Shown here: in pieces, positions 36,197 to 48,670 of the stretch
Layout of the letters: each line of letters begins with the position of its first letter
Position numbering within the stretch: position 1 is the stretch's first letter
Origin: Mobula birostris
Lineage: Eukaryota
Assembly: GCF_030028105.1 (NCBI RefSeq)
Contig: NC_092398.1
Span: 28,552,424 to 28,616,423 of the forward strand
Direction: 5' to 3'
Length of the DNA: 64,000 nt
Notes under the pieces: model-generated
Seen by the model: the letters and a program-made list of their open reading frames with translations, nothing else
What the model was told of the DNA's origin: nothing
Database searches by the model: none
Position numbers and translations under genes: made by a program

Positions 36197-39021
36197 GTGA
36201 GAAAAATCAACGCTGGTGTCGGGACTGGGGGGGGGGGCGGAAGTCTTCAAAATGTCTATGTGGTGAAGGAACTTAGATCAATATTACATTAGATTATGAG
36301 GACACGCAGTCCTCTTTTATTGTCATTTAGTAATGCATGCATTAAGAAATGATACAATGTTCCTCCAGAATGATATCACAGAAACACAAGACAAACCAAG
36401 ACGGAAAAACCGACAAAAACCACATAATTATAATATATAGTTACAACAGTGCAAAGCAATATCGTAATTTGATAAGAACAGACCATGGGCACTGTAAAAA
36501 GAAGTCTCAAGGTCTCTAGAAAGTCCCATCATCTCACGCAGACGGTAGAAGGAAGAGAAACTCCCTTCCTGCCATGAGCTTCCAGCGCCGCAAACTTGCC
36601 GATGCAGCACCCTGGAAACACCAGACCACAGCCGACTCTTGAGTCCGTCGGAAAACTTCGAGCCTCCGACCAGCCCTCCAACATGGAGCACTGAGCACCA
36701 TCACTGCCGAGCGCTTCGACCCCGGCTCCAGCAACAGGCAACAGGCAATAGGCAAAGCCGAGGATTTGGGGCCTTCCCCTCCGGAGATTCTCAATTGCAC
36801 AGTAGCAGCGGCAGCGAAGCGGGCATTTCAGAAGTTTCTCCAGGTGTTCCTCCATGCTTCTCATATCCACCTCCATCAAATCAGGATTGTGCACAGTACC
36901 TACTTACAAATACGATATCATTTCGGAGCGGCCGCGCGCGCTGCGTCACGCCACCACCTTTTCCTCCCCTCCCCATATATTCGCTGGTATTCAGAAGAGT
37001 GAGAGGGAATCTTATAGAAACATGCATATAAAGTTATGAAAGGAGAAGATAAGGCAGAGGCATAAGACCATAAGACAACGGAGCAGAATTAGGACATTTG
37101 GCCCACTGAGAGTCTGCTCCACCATTCCGTCACGGCTGATTTATTATCGCTCTCAATCCTGTTCTCCTGCCTTTTCCCTGTAACCTTTGGTGCCATTACT
37201 AATCAAGAACCTGTTGACCTCCATATTAAATATATGCGTGACTTGCACACATGGTGATGAAAAGTTTATGTCCTTTGATGATAATAAATTTACTTTGAAC
37301 TGGCACGGAAGAGAGGAGAGGAGGTGTGGGGTAGATCAGCCATGACTGACAGGGCAGAATTGAGGGGCCGAGTGGCCTACCTGTGCTCTTTGTCTTGATG
37401 TAATTGCCATGGATGTCGGGGTGGAGATACGTCTCTACCAACGGTGGTGTAAGGTGCTCCTTCCCTCCGCTGGCCTGCAGGGCACCCTTGGGCAAGGTGT
37501 AGCACCTGCTTAGCCCCCGATCAGGGTCCTGTGAAGCCATGGGAGCAGGTGGTGGACGGTCGTATGAGCAACTGGTGCATATCACAAGTCTTGGTTGTGT
37601 GACCACTGATACCAGGCAGACAATCTCTAAAGAGTATTGGTGGGGCGGGGGGGTGGGGGTCACCCGTCTTGTAAGGACACTGCCCAGAAAGCGGCAATGG
37701 CAAAGCACGTCTGTAGAAAAATTTGCCAAGAGCAATCACGATCGTGGAAAGTTCCACCTCATCTGACACGGCACATAACGAATGAACGATTCACTTTGCA
37801 GGGCTCAGGAGGGCTTATTGCTAACCTGAGCCTTCTACTACAGCAGCGCGACCCTTCCAAGGGTCAAAGAGTTGTCACTGATAAAGTTAAACTTTGAACC
37901 AACATTTCTTGCTCAGCCTCTTGTAAACAAGGAACAGTGGAGTCCACGTTGGCCTAGTGATTGAAGAATAGGAATTTATTTAATCTGTGGGACTCATTGC
38001 TACTGATGGCTGTGGAGACCGAACTTTGTGCATATTTAAAGTGGAGGTTTGATAGGTTGGGCACGTGGCCCAGTCGTTAAGGCATTTGTCTAGTGATCTG
38101 AAGGTTGCTAGTTCGAGCCTCAGCTGTGGCAGCATGTTTGTGTCCTTGAGCAAGGCACTTAACCACACATTGTTCTAGTGTCTGTGCGAGGAGTGGCACC
38201 CCACACAGACTTTCAATCTGCACCTCGAAAGGCATGAAAATGCCCGACACAGGCCTCTCATGGTCTGAGTTGACGTTCCCTCCCTCCCTCCCCCCCTTTG
38301 ATAGGTTCTTGATTAGTAAGGGTGTCAAGACTGCAGCTAGCGGGGCAATATCTACGCCACCCCGAGCTACCTGCCAGCCTAGTCATCATATGGGAGCCCA
38401 AGCACGGGAGGATGAACCCTGGGCGCCCTCCCAAGACTATGGTCAACACGCTCCTAGAAGAGAGCGGCGCGGCTAATGTAGATGAACTGAACACACTGAT
38501 GAGGGAGAGGGAGAAGTGGAGAGTTTGTCATCGTGCCTGATGCCGGCCCCTTAGGCCTGAGTTGACGTGGTGGTAGTAGTAAGGGTGTCAAAGGTCACGG
38601 GGAGAATGGGGTCCAGAAGGATGAAAATCAGCCAGTTGGTCTGAAATCCTCTGTCTTATGGTCGTATGGTTTTATGGCAGGGTGTTGTTCGATTTCATGC
38701 CCTATGGTGCATCGGGTGGCATTTTTGGCGTTTCCGTAGCATTTGACTATTTTTTTGCGAGGCAGAGTTGGCGGCTTGACACAGAAAGTGTGCAAAGTGC
38801 TGGCCGGATTTGAACTCAGGACCATTCGCCTCGAAGTCCAGTGCTGATGCCAGTACACCATGGGCCAGCTTTTATGGCAGGATGATACAAGCCTAGGACA
38901 AGAAGGATCTTGGGGATACTTACCTCAGATAGGGCTTAAAGTTTTGACTTAAGTTTGGAGCTTAACAGCACTCAATATCACTGCATCCTACAAGATGTCC
39001 GTTCTTTCTCTCTCTGTGCAG

Positions 39022-39120
39022 CAAAGTTCAATAACCAGGGGGGACTGTGCCGGTTGAACACGTGCAGTGCGAGCGTTCGGTCCAGTGACTCTGGCGTCTC
39101 CAATTCCAGTGCCAGCTCAG
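39022..39120 (+). CDS. Candidate WB exon 6: Ser-rich cytoplasmic exon
   Basis: ctttctctctctgtgcag acceptor, CAG|gtaccg donor, 99 nt, phase 1/1. AKFNNQGGLCRLNTCSASVRSSDSGVSNSSASS. Confidence 0.75.
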
Positions 39121-39199
39121 GTACCGGTGTGCTTGTAAACCAGCCTACTCAGCGACCGGCTCCTCCATTTCAGCCAAACCACCATCACTGGCACTCACC

Positions 39200-40010
39200 C
39201 TCTCCAGCCTGCTCCCGAGATGGGCATGGAGGTTGACGGAGTGGGGGGGGAAGTAGGGGTTGCGGATGAGGGGGAAGGAAGAGGAACTGGTTTCTACCTC
39301 AGTTTGTGGCAGCTGAGGGCTGGGGTGGGTAGGGTGCGAAGTGGACGGGGAGGGGTCAAGGAGGTGAAGGAGGAGGAGCTGGATTCCATGCTCAGGTAAT
39401 GGTGTCTGGATGGTTGGGGGCGAGGAGGGGGAGGAATGGAGATTGATGGTGGAGGAGCTCATTCCCTACCTCAGGTAGTGGCGGCTGGGAGGGAAGGTAG
39501 AGGAGGCGATGGCTGGGGGGGAGAAGGAGCTCGTTCCCTCTCTCAGGTAGTGGTGGTTTGGTGGATGGAGGTGGAAGGGAGGGAGACAGAGGGGGTGAGG
39601 CGGTGGTTGGGGGCTGGCTGAGCAGGTAGTGGCAGCTGGAGGGGTGGGGTAAAGGGCAGAGGGGGAAGAGGTGGACAGGAGGGGGAGGTTAGCGGGGAGG
39701 GGTGGGAGTTTCTTCCCTCCTTCAGGTAATGGCAACTGGGGGGAGACAGGGGAGAGGGACAGGTGGAGGGAGGGAGAGGTGGAGGGGAAGTTTGATTCCT
39801 ACCTCTGTGTTGCTGGCTGGTTGGGGGAAGGAAGGGGGTGGTTAGAGAAGGGGGGAGAGGCTGGTTTCCTACCTCAAGAATTGGAAGCTGGGTGGGCAGG
39901 GAGGGGGAGAGGTGGAGGAAGAGGACAAGCGGCTCTCTTCCTCAGATAATGGCTGATTGGGAGGACTGAGTGGGGGGGGGGTGGGTGATGGAGGTTACGA
40001 CAAGGGGTTT
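39200..40010 (+). repeat. G/purine-rich low-complexity tract in intron 6
   Basis: Dense G3-G7 runs, with the degenerate motif ctacctcag/aggtagtgg recurring. Confidence 0.8.
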
Positions 40011-40458
40011 GGGGATTTAGATCGGACCGCAATCTCCACCCACCCCACCAGCTTGTAGTCACGGTCAGGGGCCAGAGGCAGATGACGCTCCCGCTCTCCC
40101 TCCCCCCCGCCCCCGGTGCGGTCCAGCGGCCAAGGCACACTGCGCCAACGTCCAGAGGAAAGGGAGAGCTGGGGCAAGAGGGAGGCCTTAATGCCTGCAG
40201 ACCCCGGAGTCTGGAGCAACAAACAATCTGCTGGAGAAGCAGGACAGCATCCGAGGGAGGAAAGAGGTTCCTTGAAGTTTCGGGTCTCGGCTCAAAGCGC
40301 CAAGAATTCCTTTCCTTCCACAGATGCTGCTCAGCCGGTTGTGATCTTCCAGCACATTGTCTGTGGCTGAGGGAACAAGACTTCAACGACTCTTTGTATC
40401 TTGCCCGTCTGTCGCGAGAGTTTCTGATCCACCGGCCATTGTATGTTCTTCTTTTCAG

Positions 40459-40487
40459 GTGACGGACTGACGAAACCTTCCTCTTAA
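40459..40487 (+). CDS. Candidate WB exon 7: C-terminus GDGLTKPSS and stop
   Basis: ttcttcttttcag acceptor, phase 1, TAA at 40485-40487. Summed CDS 73+273+270+114+30+99+29 = 888 nt (295 aa plus stop). Confidence 0.65.
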
Positions 40488-42168
40488 GGTAAAAAAATCT
40501 GCGAATTGTATCTAGTATTTCAGCTCTGATGTTTATATTAGAGAGAGAAAAAAAATCCCAAGTTTGGCCAGAAGGTGAACAAACTGGCGGAAATGGGTCT
40601 CACTAAAAGTTAGCTCAGAATTTTCCAAACAATTTTGTGCCGATTTTTAGTCTGCTCCACGATTAATCTAACACTTCCTTCCTGCCTAGCCTTCAACTTT
40701 TTTAAAATCCAGCTGCCTATTTATACCTCTATCAGCTTCAAGTTTGTTCACTCCCAAAGCAATTTTCAGAATCAGAATCAGGTTTATTATCACTGGCATG
40801 AAATTTGTTAATTTAGCAGCAGCAGTTCAATGCAGTACATAATATAGAAGAAAATAATAATAATAATAAATAAACCAATTACAGGATATCTATACTGAAC
40901 AGATTAAAAATCGTGAAAAGCAGAAATAATATTTAAAAAAAGTGAGGTAGTCTTCACGGGTTCAATGTCCGTTTATGAATCGGGGAAGAAGCTGTTCCTG
41001 AATCGCTGTGTGTGTGCCTTCAGGCTTCTGTCTCTCCTACCTGATGGTAACGATGAGAAGAGGGCATGCCTGCGTGGTGGGGGTCCTTAATAATGGACGC
41101 TGCCTTTCTGAGACAAGGCTCTTTGAAGATGTCCTGGGTACTTCGTAGGCTCATACCCAAGATGGAGCTGACTAAATTTACAACCCTCTGCAGCTTCTTT
41201 CGGACCTGTGCAGTAGCGCCCCCCCCCCACACCCCCCAGATGCAGCCTGTCAGAATATTCTCCACTGTACATCTATAGCAGTTTTTGAGTGTATTTGTTG
41301 ACATACCAAATCTCTTCAAACTCCAAATGAAGTATAGTCACTGTCTTGCCTTATTCATAGCTGCATTGATATGTCGGGACCAGGTTAGGTCCTCAGAGTT
41401 GGTTTAAAAGTAAGCCACATCTTCCCTGTAAAGCTGTGGCTGCCACCATTCAAACCATGCTCTCGTCTCACCCCTACCATTGGGCAGGGGGTATAGGAGC
41501 CCTGAGTCCCTCACTACCAGGTTCAAGAACAGTTATTACACTTCAACCAGTGTGGATAACTTCACTCTCCTCAACACGGAACTGACTCCACAACGTACAC
41601 ACTCATCTTCCAGGTCTCTGGAACTCATGTCCTCAGTACTCTTCATTCATTTCCATTTGCACAATAGTTGTTTATGTGTAGTTTTTCATAAATTCTACTA
41701 TTTCCCTATTTTCCCTTATATGTCTGTAGGAAGGGTCTTTCCTGTGCTGTACTGTTCTATGTTCCATGTGTTTGGGTGCCTTTGATTGGCTTTTTACCAA
41801 GTTTGGCGCATCATTGTGGCCAAACCCTGTGCAGTACTGTTCTACAAAAATGAATGTCAGTGCAGTTTATGGTGAGATATATAGACCTCAACAATGAACA
41901 TACTTTGAGCTCAGAGGAATATAAACTCCACTCTTATCGACTCTTGTCTTGTGGACTCCTGACCTGATCCTATACATGGAAAATCAGCTTGAAACCAAAC
42001 TTTTTTGTCCAGTTACTCTTTAAATACCTCACAGCAACTTGGACAACGTTCTTGCATTGACCGTGAACTCTTAAACAACACCTTCGTCTGAGAATTGTGA
42101 AGCATTTCATGTTTTTTTTAACATCAGAGTTATCTCAGTACTTAATCTCATCTGCTCTTCCTTCACAG

Positions 42169-43228
42169 AATGCGAAGCTGGACTCCAACATCTTGGGAAC
42201 GTTCGATGAGTTTTATTTCCATGAAAAGACCAATTTCCTGTTTTGAACTGGTCTAAGGGGGAGTTTTCTCCTCGTTGTATCTCTGTGACATCTCCCCCTC
42301 ACCACTCCCCCCCCCTTTGCGATTGAGATCAGTCACTAACATTGTGCTGTGGAATTATATCATTTCTGAGAAAGCTGCTGGTCCATTTTGAGCCAAACCT
42401 TATTATAAACAGACCTTTTGGGTTTGCCCAGAAATATCGACCAGGATTTTAGATATTTAACCCAGTTATGTAAAACTAAGAAAGAATGGGAGCTCATTAA
42501 TCCTAAAAGTTCTGGTTCCATCTCTCCCCATTTGTAACATGGTAACAGGTTCAAGGTTCCAGTGAGCGAACCAGACAACACAGATTGTGAGTGAATATGT
42601 TAACTATTTATAAATACATGAACAGTGAAACACTAAACCTGGCATCTAGCGAAACAAGTGCTTGTCTAAACTACCCTAAACTACAAAGGGCCACAATATG
42701 AAACATTCAGAAACTCTTTCAGCTTTTACTCCAATAAATCTCCCCAACCAAGCATGCTACAAATGAGTACTTAACTAAACAAAAATGTGGACCTGTCTCT
42801 GTCTGCAACACTCTTTCCCAATGGTCCTTCAGTGCTGGTCGTGACTTCAGCCTGAAGCGAGCCCCTGAAGACAGAGGAAAGGGAGCGAGTCTCTCGCACG
42901 TGCCATTCTTATACCCCTAAGCCTCCCGGAACCGGAAACTGGTGCCGGGGCGCACAAGGCAACCAATGGAAAAGAACTGCCTCATCCTTTGAATGAGCCA
43001 ATCAATGACTGGCATGGCAGAAGGAGCTTTTGACAGGTTAGTAAGCCAACTCCTCTCATGACACCAGTTCCTGAATACTCTGGCTTCTGTCCAAACGAAT
43101 TAATGTGCCTCGTTAAGATGTTGAGACAGCCTTCAACAATCAGAAGCATTACAAGTTAATACTACATATTTAAAACATAGAGACATAGAGATGCTTAAAG
43201 CAATTAAAATGTTTAAATTAATAATAAA
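42169..43228 (+). other. Probable terminal 3' UTR exon of the WB-like gene
   Basis: Strong acceptor tctgctcttccttcacag ending at 42168, which pairs with the donor G|gtaaaa just after the exon 7 stop. AATAAA at 42733 (inside the LTR) and 43223. The true 3' end is not determinable. Confidence 0.45.
42533..43166 (-). mobile_element. Probable solo LTR, antisense to the WB-like gene
   Basis: Minus strand TGTAGT...TGTTACA termini, flanks CATT/TATT (3 of 4 match), TATAAG near 42910 with two CCAAT boxes upstream of it. Confidence 0.5.
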
Positions 43229-45689
43229 ATATGTATATTCAGTAATTAAAAAAAAGATACTGAGACAGCTTTCTTTGACCGACCCATGACAACTGTTGAC
43301 TAATAATGTGAGGCCAATGTTCCTACTCTTGGACCGGTCTCTTTGTGAGCGACGGGGTGGGGGTCCTTAAACAGAGCTGGTTCAGTACATGGGTAGGACG
43401 GGTTCTGTGGGACATGTACCAAATGGCACTAACTTAGTGGGCACTATGGTTGGTACAGATATGTTGGGCCGAAGAGCCTATTTCTGTGCTGTATTAATCC
43501 ATGACCTCTATTAGTTCATTAGATCAATAAAAAGAAATGCATGAAAGCTTTCCGAGTATGAATTTCTCATCTTATATCATGGAACCATGGAACTTGATGG
43601 TCGAAGGGTAATACCTGTTCCTGAACCTGGTGGTGTGGGACTTAAGGCTCCTGCACCTCCTTCCCGAAGGTGGTAGTGAGAAGAGAGCATGGCCAAGATG
43701 GTAGGGGTCGCTGATGCTCGATGCTCACTGGGTGGTGAAGGTGGTGTTTGGCATGCTGACCTCTAGCAGTCAGAGAACTGTGTAGAGGAGCAGGGGTATG
43801 ACGTGCATTTGTCCAGTGATCACGACCAGGATTCGAACCCCACCACCGTCGGCAAGTTCACCCATGACCACGTGGGTTTCCTCCGAGCACTCCAGTTTCC
43901 TGCCACACTCCAAACACGCTGCAGACTTGGGTTCAAGAGCCACAGGGTGATGTTGCAGCTCTATTAAACCCTGGTTAGACCAAACTTGGAACAGTGTATT
44001 CAGCTGTGATCTCCTCATTACAGGAAGGATGTGGAAGCTTTAGAAGGGGTTCAGGTTAGATTTGCTGCCTGGATTAGACAGAGTGCCTTACTAGGATAGG
44101 ATGAGCGAACTAGGGCTATTTTCTTTAGAGTGAAGAAGAATTAGAGGTGGTGTTAAAGATGATAAGCAGTATTGATTGGACAGGAAAATAACCATATTCG
44201 ATGGATTTCATTAAGATTCCCCACCTCAGGCCGGCTGGTGGCGCAATGACATTAGCGCCAGACCTCAGAACGGAGGTTCCCGGATTTGAACCCAGTCCAA
44301 GCCGCTCCCCAGTACGCTTTCCATCCATGCTGGGTTGAGTGATGCTGGGATAGACAACTCCCTATCTCACCGAGGGTTTGAGACCCATCGGCTACCCTCA
44401 CCTGGTTTAGCCGTTGCCTGGGGTGTGGCTGCGGTCACCTGCAAACAGCTATGAGGAGCCACAGGTGAGAGCTGAGTGCCAGGTGGGGACCAAAGGTGGA
44501 CTAATGACCTTGAAAAGGACGCAACATGTTCCCCCACCAGAGGTGATACCCCTCCCTGACACCCCATACACTCCAAAAGCTGTATAAAGTCACTCTTAAG
44601 TTGAATTACTGTTTTCACATGCACCAAAGCACATAACAAACGTTCATGCAGATCACATGCAGATTGAGGTAGAACAAGGTAAAATAAAAAAAGAATTCAG
44701 AATAAAATGTCACAGCGACAGAGAATGTTTTGCGGGATAGGGAATAAGGTTGAGATGGACTACTCTCCAGGGATCTGAATAAAGGCGGCTGTAGAGATCG
44801 TGGAGACATTAATCATGATCTTTCAAGAATCACTAGATTTATGAATGGTTCTGGAGTACTGGAAAATTGCAAATGTCACTCCACTCTTCAAGAAGGGAGA
44901 GAGGCAAAAGAAAGGAAATGGTAGGCCAGTTAGTCTGAATGCAGTGGTTGGGAAAATGTTGGAGCTAATTGTCAAGGAAGAGATTTTGTGGTACTTGGAG
45001 GCCGTGATAAAATAAGCCATGGTTTCCTTAAGGAGATATCTTGCCTGACAAACCTGTTGGAATTCATTGAGGAAATAACAGGCAGGGTAGACAAAGGAGA
45101 GTCAGTGGGTTTTGTGTACTTCGATCTTCAGAAGGCCTTTGACAAGTTGCCGCACATAAAGCTGCTTAACAAGAGCCTGTGGTTTTACAGGAAAGATACT
45201 CATGTAACGCTCGGTTCGGCGAGCAGCTTACTGTACCGAAAGACACCTCCGGTCCGGCCCAAACTTGAGAAACCTTGTTTGTGTGGGTGCTGCATGGTGT
45301 TCCCCTGTTACAAATTAGTACCACAAAATAACAAACGGTACACAATATGCAATTAAACGATTGAGCTTCATAATTCTTAATTTGACTATGGGGTTAGTAA
45401 AGAAACAAAAATAAGAGAAAGGACCCATTCTCATGAACCAGTTTATTTTGCTGCATTGGAGCTCACGGTTTTCCTGTTGGTTCGTTCTCCCTTGATTTTC
45501 TCCCCGGGCGTTGACTCCCGACCCCAATCCAAGTCTATGACCTCCCCGTTCTGGCATCTTCTCTCTCCATCTTCCGCCGAACAAAAAAACCGCGAGTCCC
45601 TTCTCTCAGCCCCACAAGAAAGAAGCAACATGCCTCTCATTGATACAAAATACTCTGCAGATGCTGGGGTCAAAGCAACACTCACAACA

Positions 45690-46290
45690 CACTGGAGGAA
45701 CTCAGCAGGTTGGGCAGCTCCGCTCCGTCCGCCACAACAGACAGGATCTCCCAGTAGCCACCCACTCCAACTCTGCTTCCCATTCCCATTCAGATATGTC
45801 TGTACATGGCCTCCTCTACTGCCATGATGAGGCTAAACTCAGGTTGGAGGAGCAACACTTCATATACCGTCTAGGTAGTCTCCAGCCCCTTGGTATCAAC
45901 ATAGAATTCTCCAACTTCCGGTAATTCCCTCCCCCTCCCTTCCCCCATCTCAGTTTCACTCGGTCCCCTCCCCCAGCTGCCTATCACCGCCCTCATGGTT
46001 CCGCCTCCTTCTACTACCCGTTGTGTTTTCCCCTATTCCTTCTTCACCTTTCCTGCCTATCACCTCACTGCCTTCCCTCCCCCACCCCTTTGTCTTTTCC
46101 CTTACTGGTTTTTCACCTGGAAACTACCAGCATCCTCCTTCCCACCCTCCTCCCAACTTCTTTATCGGGCCTCTGCCCCTTCCCCCTACAGTCCTGATGA
46201 AGGGCTCCGGCCCGAAATGTCGACTCATCGTTTCCACGGATGCTGCTCGACCTGCTGAGTTCCTCCAGTGTGTTGTGAGTGATGCCTCTC
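45690..46290 (+). mobile_element. Penelope-like 3' end with hammerhead motif
   Basis: RLEEQHFIYRLGSLQPLGINIEFSNF is the PLE GIY-YIG C-terminus, followed by the hammerhead block at 46190-46225. Confidence 0.85.
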
Positions 46291-46859
46291 ATTGGATGGC
46301 ACACATTCCAAAGCCCCCGTTATCTCTAGTCATAACCCAGACATTGCTGCTACAGAAAAACCATTACCTTAGCAGTGAAACATTACAGAGAGACTGTTAC
46401 ATTAGCAGCGAAACCTTACAGCGCGTTACACTAGCATGGAGAAAGCAGTGGCTGATTGGCAGGTGGCAAAGAGTGGGAATTAAGGCAGCCTTTTCTGGTT
46501 GGCTGTCAGTGACTAGTGGTGTTCCACAGGGGACAGTGTTGGGACTGATTCTTTCTACTTCATATGTCACTGAGTTGGATGAAGGAATTGATAGCTTTTT
46601 TGCAAAGTTTGCAGAGGAGGGGCATGTAGCTTTCAAGAAGTAGAGAGGCTACAAAAGGACTTAGACAGATTAAGAGAGTGGACAAAGAAGTGTCAGATGG
46701 AACACGGTGTCAGGATACACTGGCCAAATTCAGGAAATTGGGAGATGCTGAGGGGGCACCCTGGTTTGCATGGTTTGGCTGGGCCGAAAGGCCTGTATCC
46801 ATACTGGATTGCTCTATGTCTCTCTGAAACCCTATGATATGAGGTAGAAGCTCATGAGG

Positions 46860-48670
46860 TTGAAAACCCCAAGGCATTCTACCAGTATGTGAAGAGCGAG
46901 AGGATAAGACATGAGTGAATAGGACCAATCAGGTGTGACAGTGGAAAAGTGTGTATGGAACTGGAGAAGATGGCAGAGGTACTTAATGAATACTTTGCTT
47001 CAGTATTCACTATGGAAAAGGATCTTGGTGTTTGTAGGGATGACTTGCAGCAGATTGAAAAGCTTGAGCATGTAGATATTAAGGAAGAGGATGTGTTAGG
47101 GCTTTTGGAAAGCATCAAGTTGGATAAGTCACCGGGACCAGACGAGATGTACCCCAAGTTACTGTGGGAAGCAAGGGAGGAGATTGTTGAGCCTCTGGTG
47201 ATAATCTTTGAATCATCAATGAGGACGGGAGAGGTTCTAGAGGATTGGAGGATTGCGGATTTTGTTCCCTTATTCAAGAAACTAAGTAGGGATAGCCCAT
47301 GAAATTAGAGGCCAGTGAGTCTTACTTCAGTGTTTGGTAAGTTGGTGGAGAAGATCCTGAGAGACAGAACTTATGAACATTTGGAGAGACATAATGTGAT
47401 TAGGAGTAGTCTGCATGGCTTTATGAAAGGCAGGTCATGCCTTACAAGTCTGATTGAATTTTTTGATGATGTGACTAGACACATTGATGAAGGTATAGCA
47501 GTAGATATAGTGTATATGGATTTCAGCAAGGCATTTGACAAGGTACCCCATGCAAGGCTTATTGAGAAAGTAAGGAGGCATGAGATCCAAGAGGACATTG
47601 CTTTGTGGATCCAGAACTGGCTTGTCCATAGAAGGCGAAGAGTGGTTGTAGAGGGGTCATATTCTGCATGGAGGCCGGTCACCAGCGGTGTGCCTCAGGG
47701 ATCTGTTCTGGGACCACTGCTCTTCGTGAGTTTTACAAATGACCTGGATGAAGAAGTGGAGGGAATGGGTTAGTAAATTTGCTAATGACACAAAGACTGG
47801 GGGTGTTGTGAATAGTGTGGAGGGCTGTCAGAGGTTACAGCGGGACATTGATAGAATGCAAAACTGGGCTGAGAAGTTGCAGATGGAGTTCAACCCAGAT
47901 AAGTGCGAGGTGGTTCATTTTGGTAGGTCAAATATAATGGCAGAATATAGTATTAATGGTAAGAGTCTTGGCAGTGTGGATGATCACAGGGATCTTGGAG
48001 ACACTCAAAGCTGCTGCACAGGTTGACTCTGTGGTTAAGAAAGCATACAGTGCATTGGCCTTCATCAATCATAGGACTGAGTTTAGGAGCCGAGAGGAAA
48101 TGTTGTAGCTATATACTGTAGGATCCTGGTCAGACTTGGAGTACTGTGCTCAGTTCTGGTCGCCTCACTGTAGGAAGGATGTGGAAACCATAGAACGGGT
48201 GCAGAAGAGATTTACAAGGATGTTACCTGGATTGGGGAGCATGCTTTATGAGAATAGGTTGAGTGAACTTGGCCTTTTCTCCTTGGAGTGACGGAGGATG
48301 AGAGGTGTCCTGATAGAGGTGTATGAGATGATGAGAGGCATTGATCGTGTGGATAGTCAGAGGCCTTTTCCCAGGGCTGGAATGGCTAGCATGAGAAGGC
48401 ACAGTTTTGCGGTGCTTGGAAGTACGTACAGAGGAGATGTCAGGGGTAAGTTTTTATGCAGAGAGTGGTGAGTGCGTGGAATGGGCTGCCGGCGACGGTG
48501 GTGGAGATGGATACAATAGGGTCTTTTAAGAGATTCCTGGATAGGTACATGGAGCTCAGAAAAATAGAGGGCTATGGATAACCCTAGGTAATTTTTAAGG
48601 TAAGGACATGTTCGGCACAGCTTTGTGGGCCGAAGGGCTTGTATTGTGCTGTAGGTTTCCTATGTTTCTA
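46860..48670 (+). mobile_element. CR1 LINE, degenerate RT region to 3' tail
   Basis: [39 protein letters not shown] and KFAND, with stops and frameshifts; tatgtttc tail. Confidence 0.9.

Noticed and set aside
38060-38140. tRNA gene (also ~7556 and ~44230)
   Set aside because: Degenerate A/B boxes run into SINE bodies with no intact cloverleaf or poly-T terminator; these are SINE heads.
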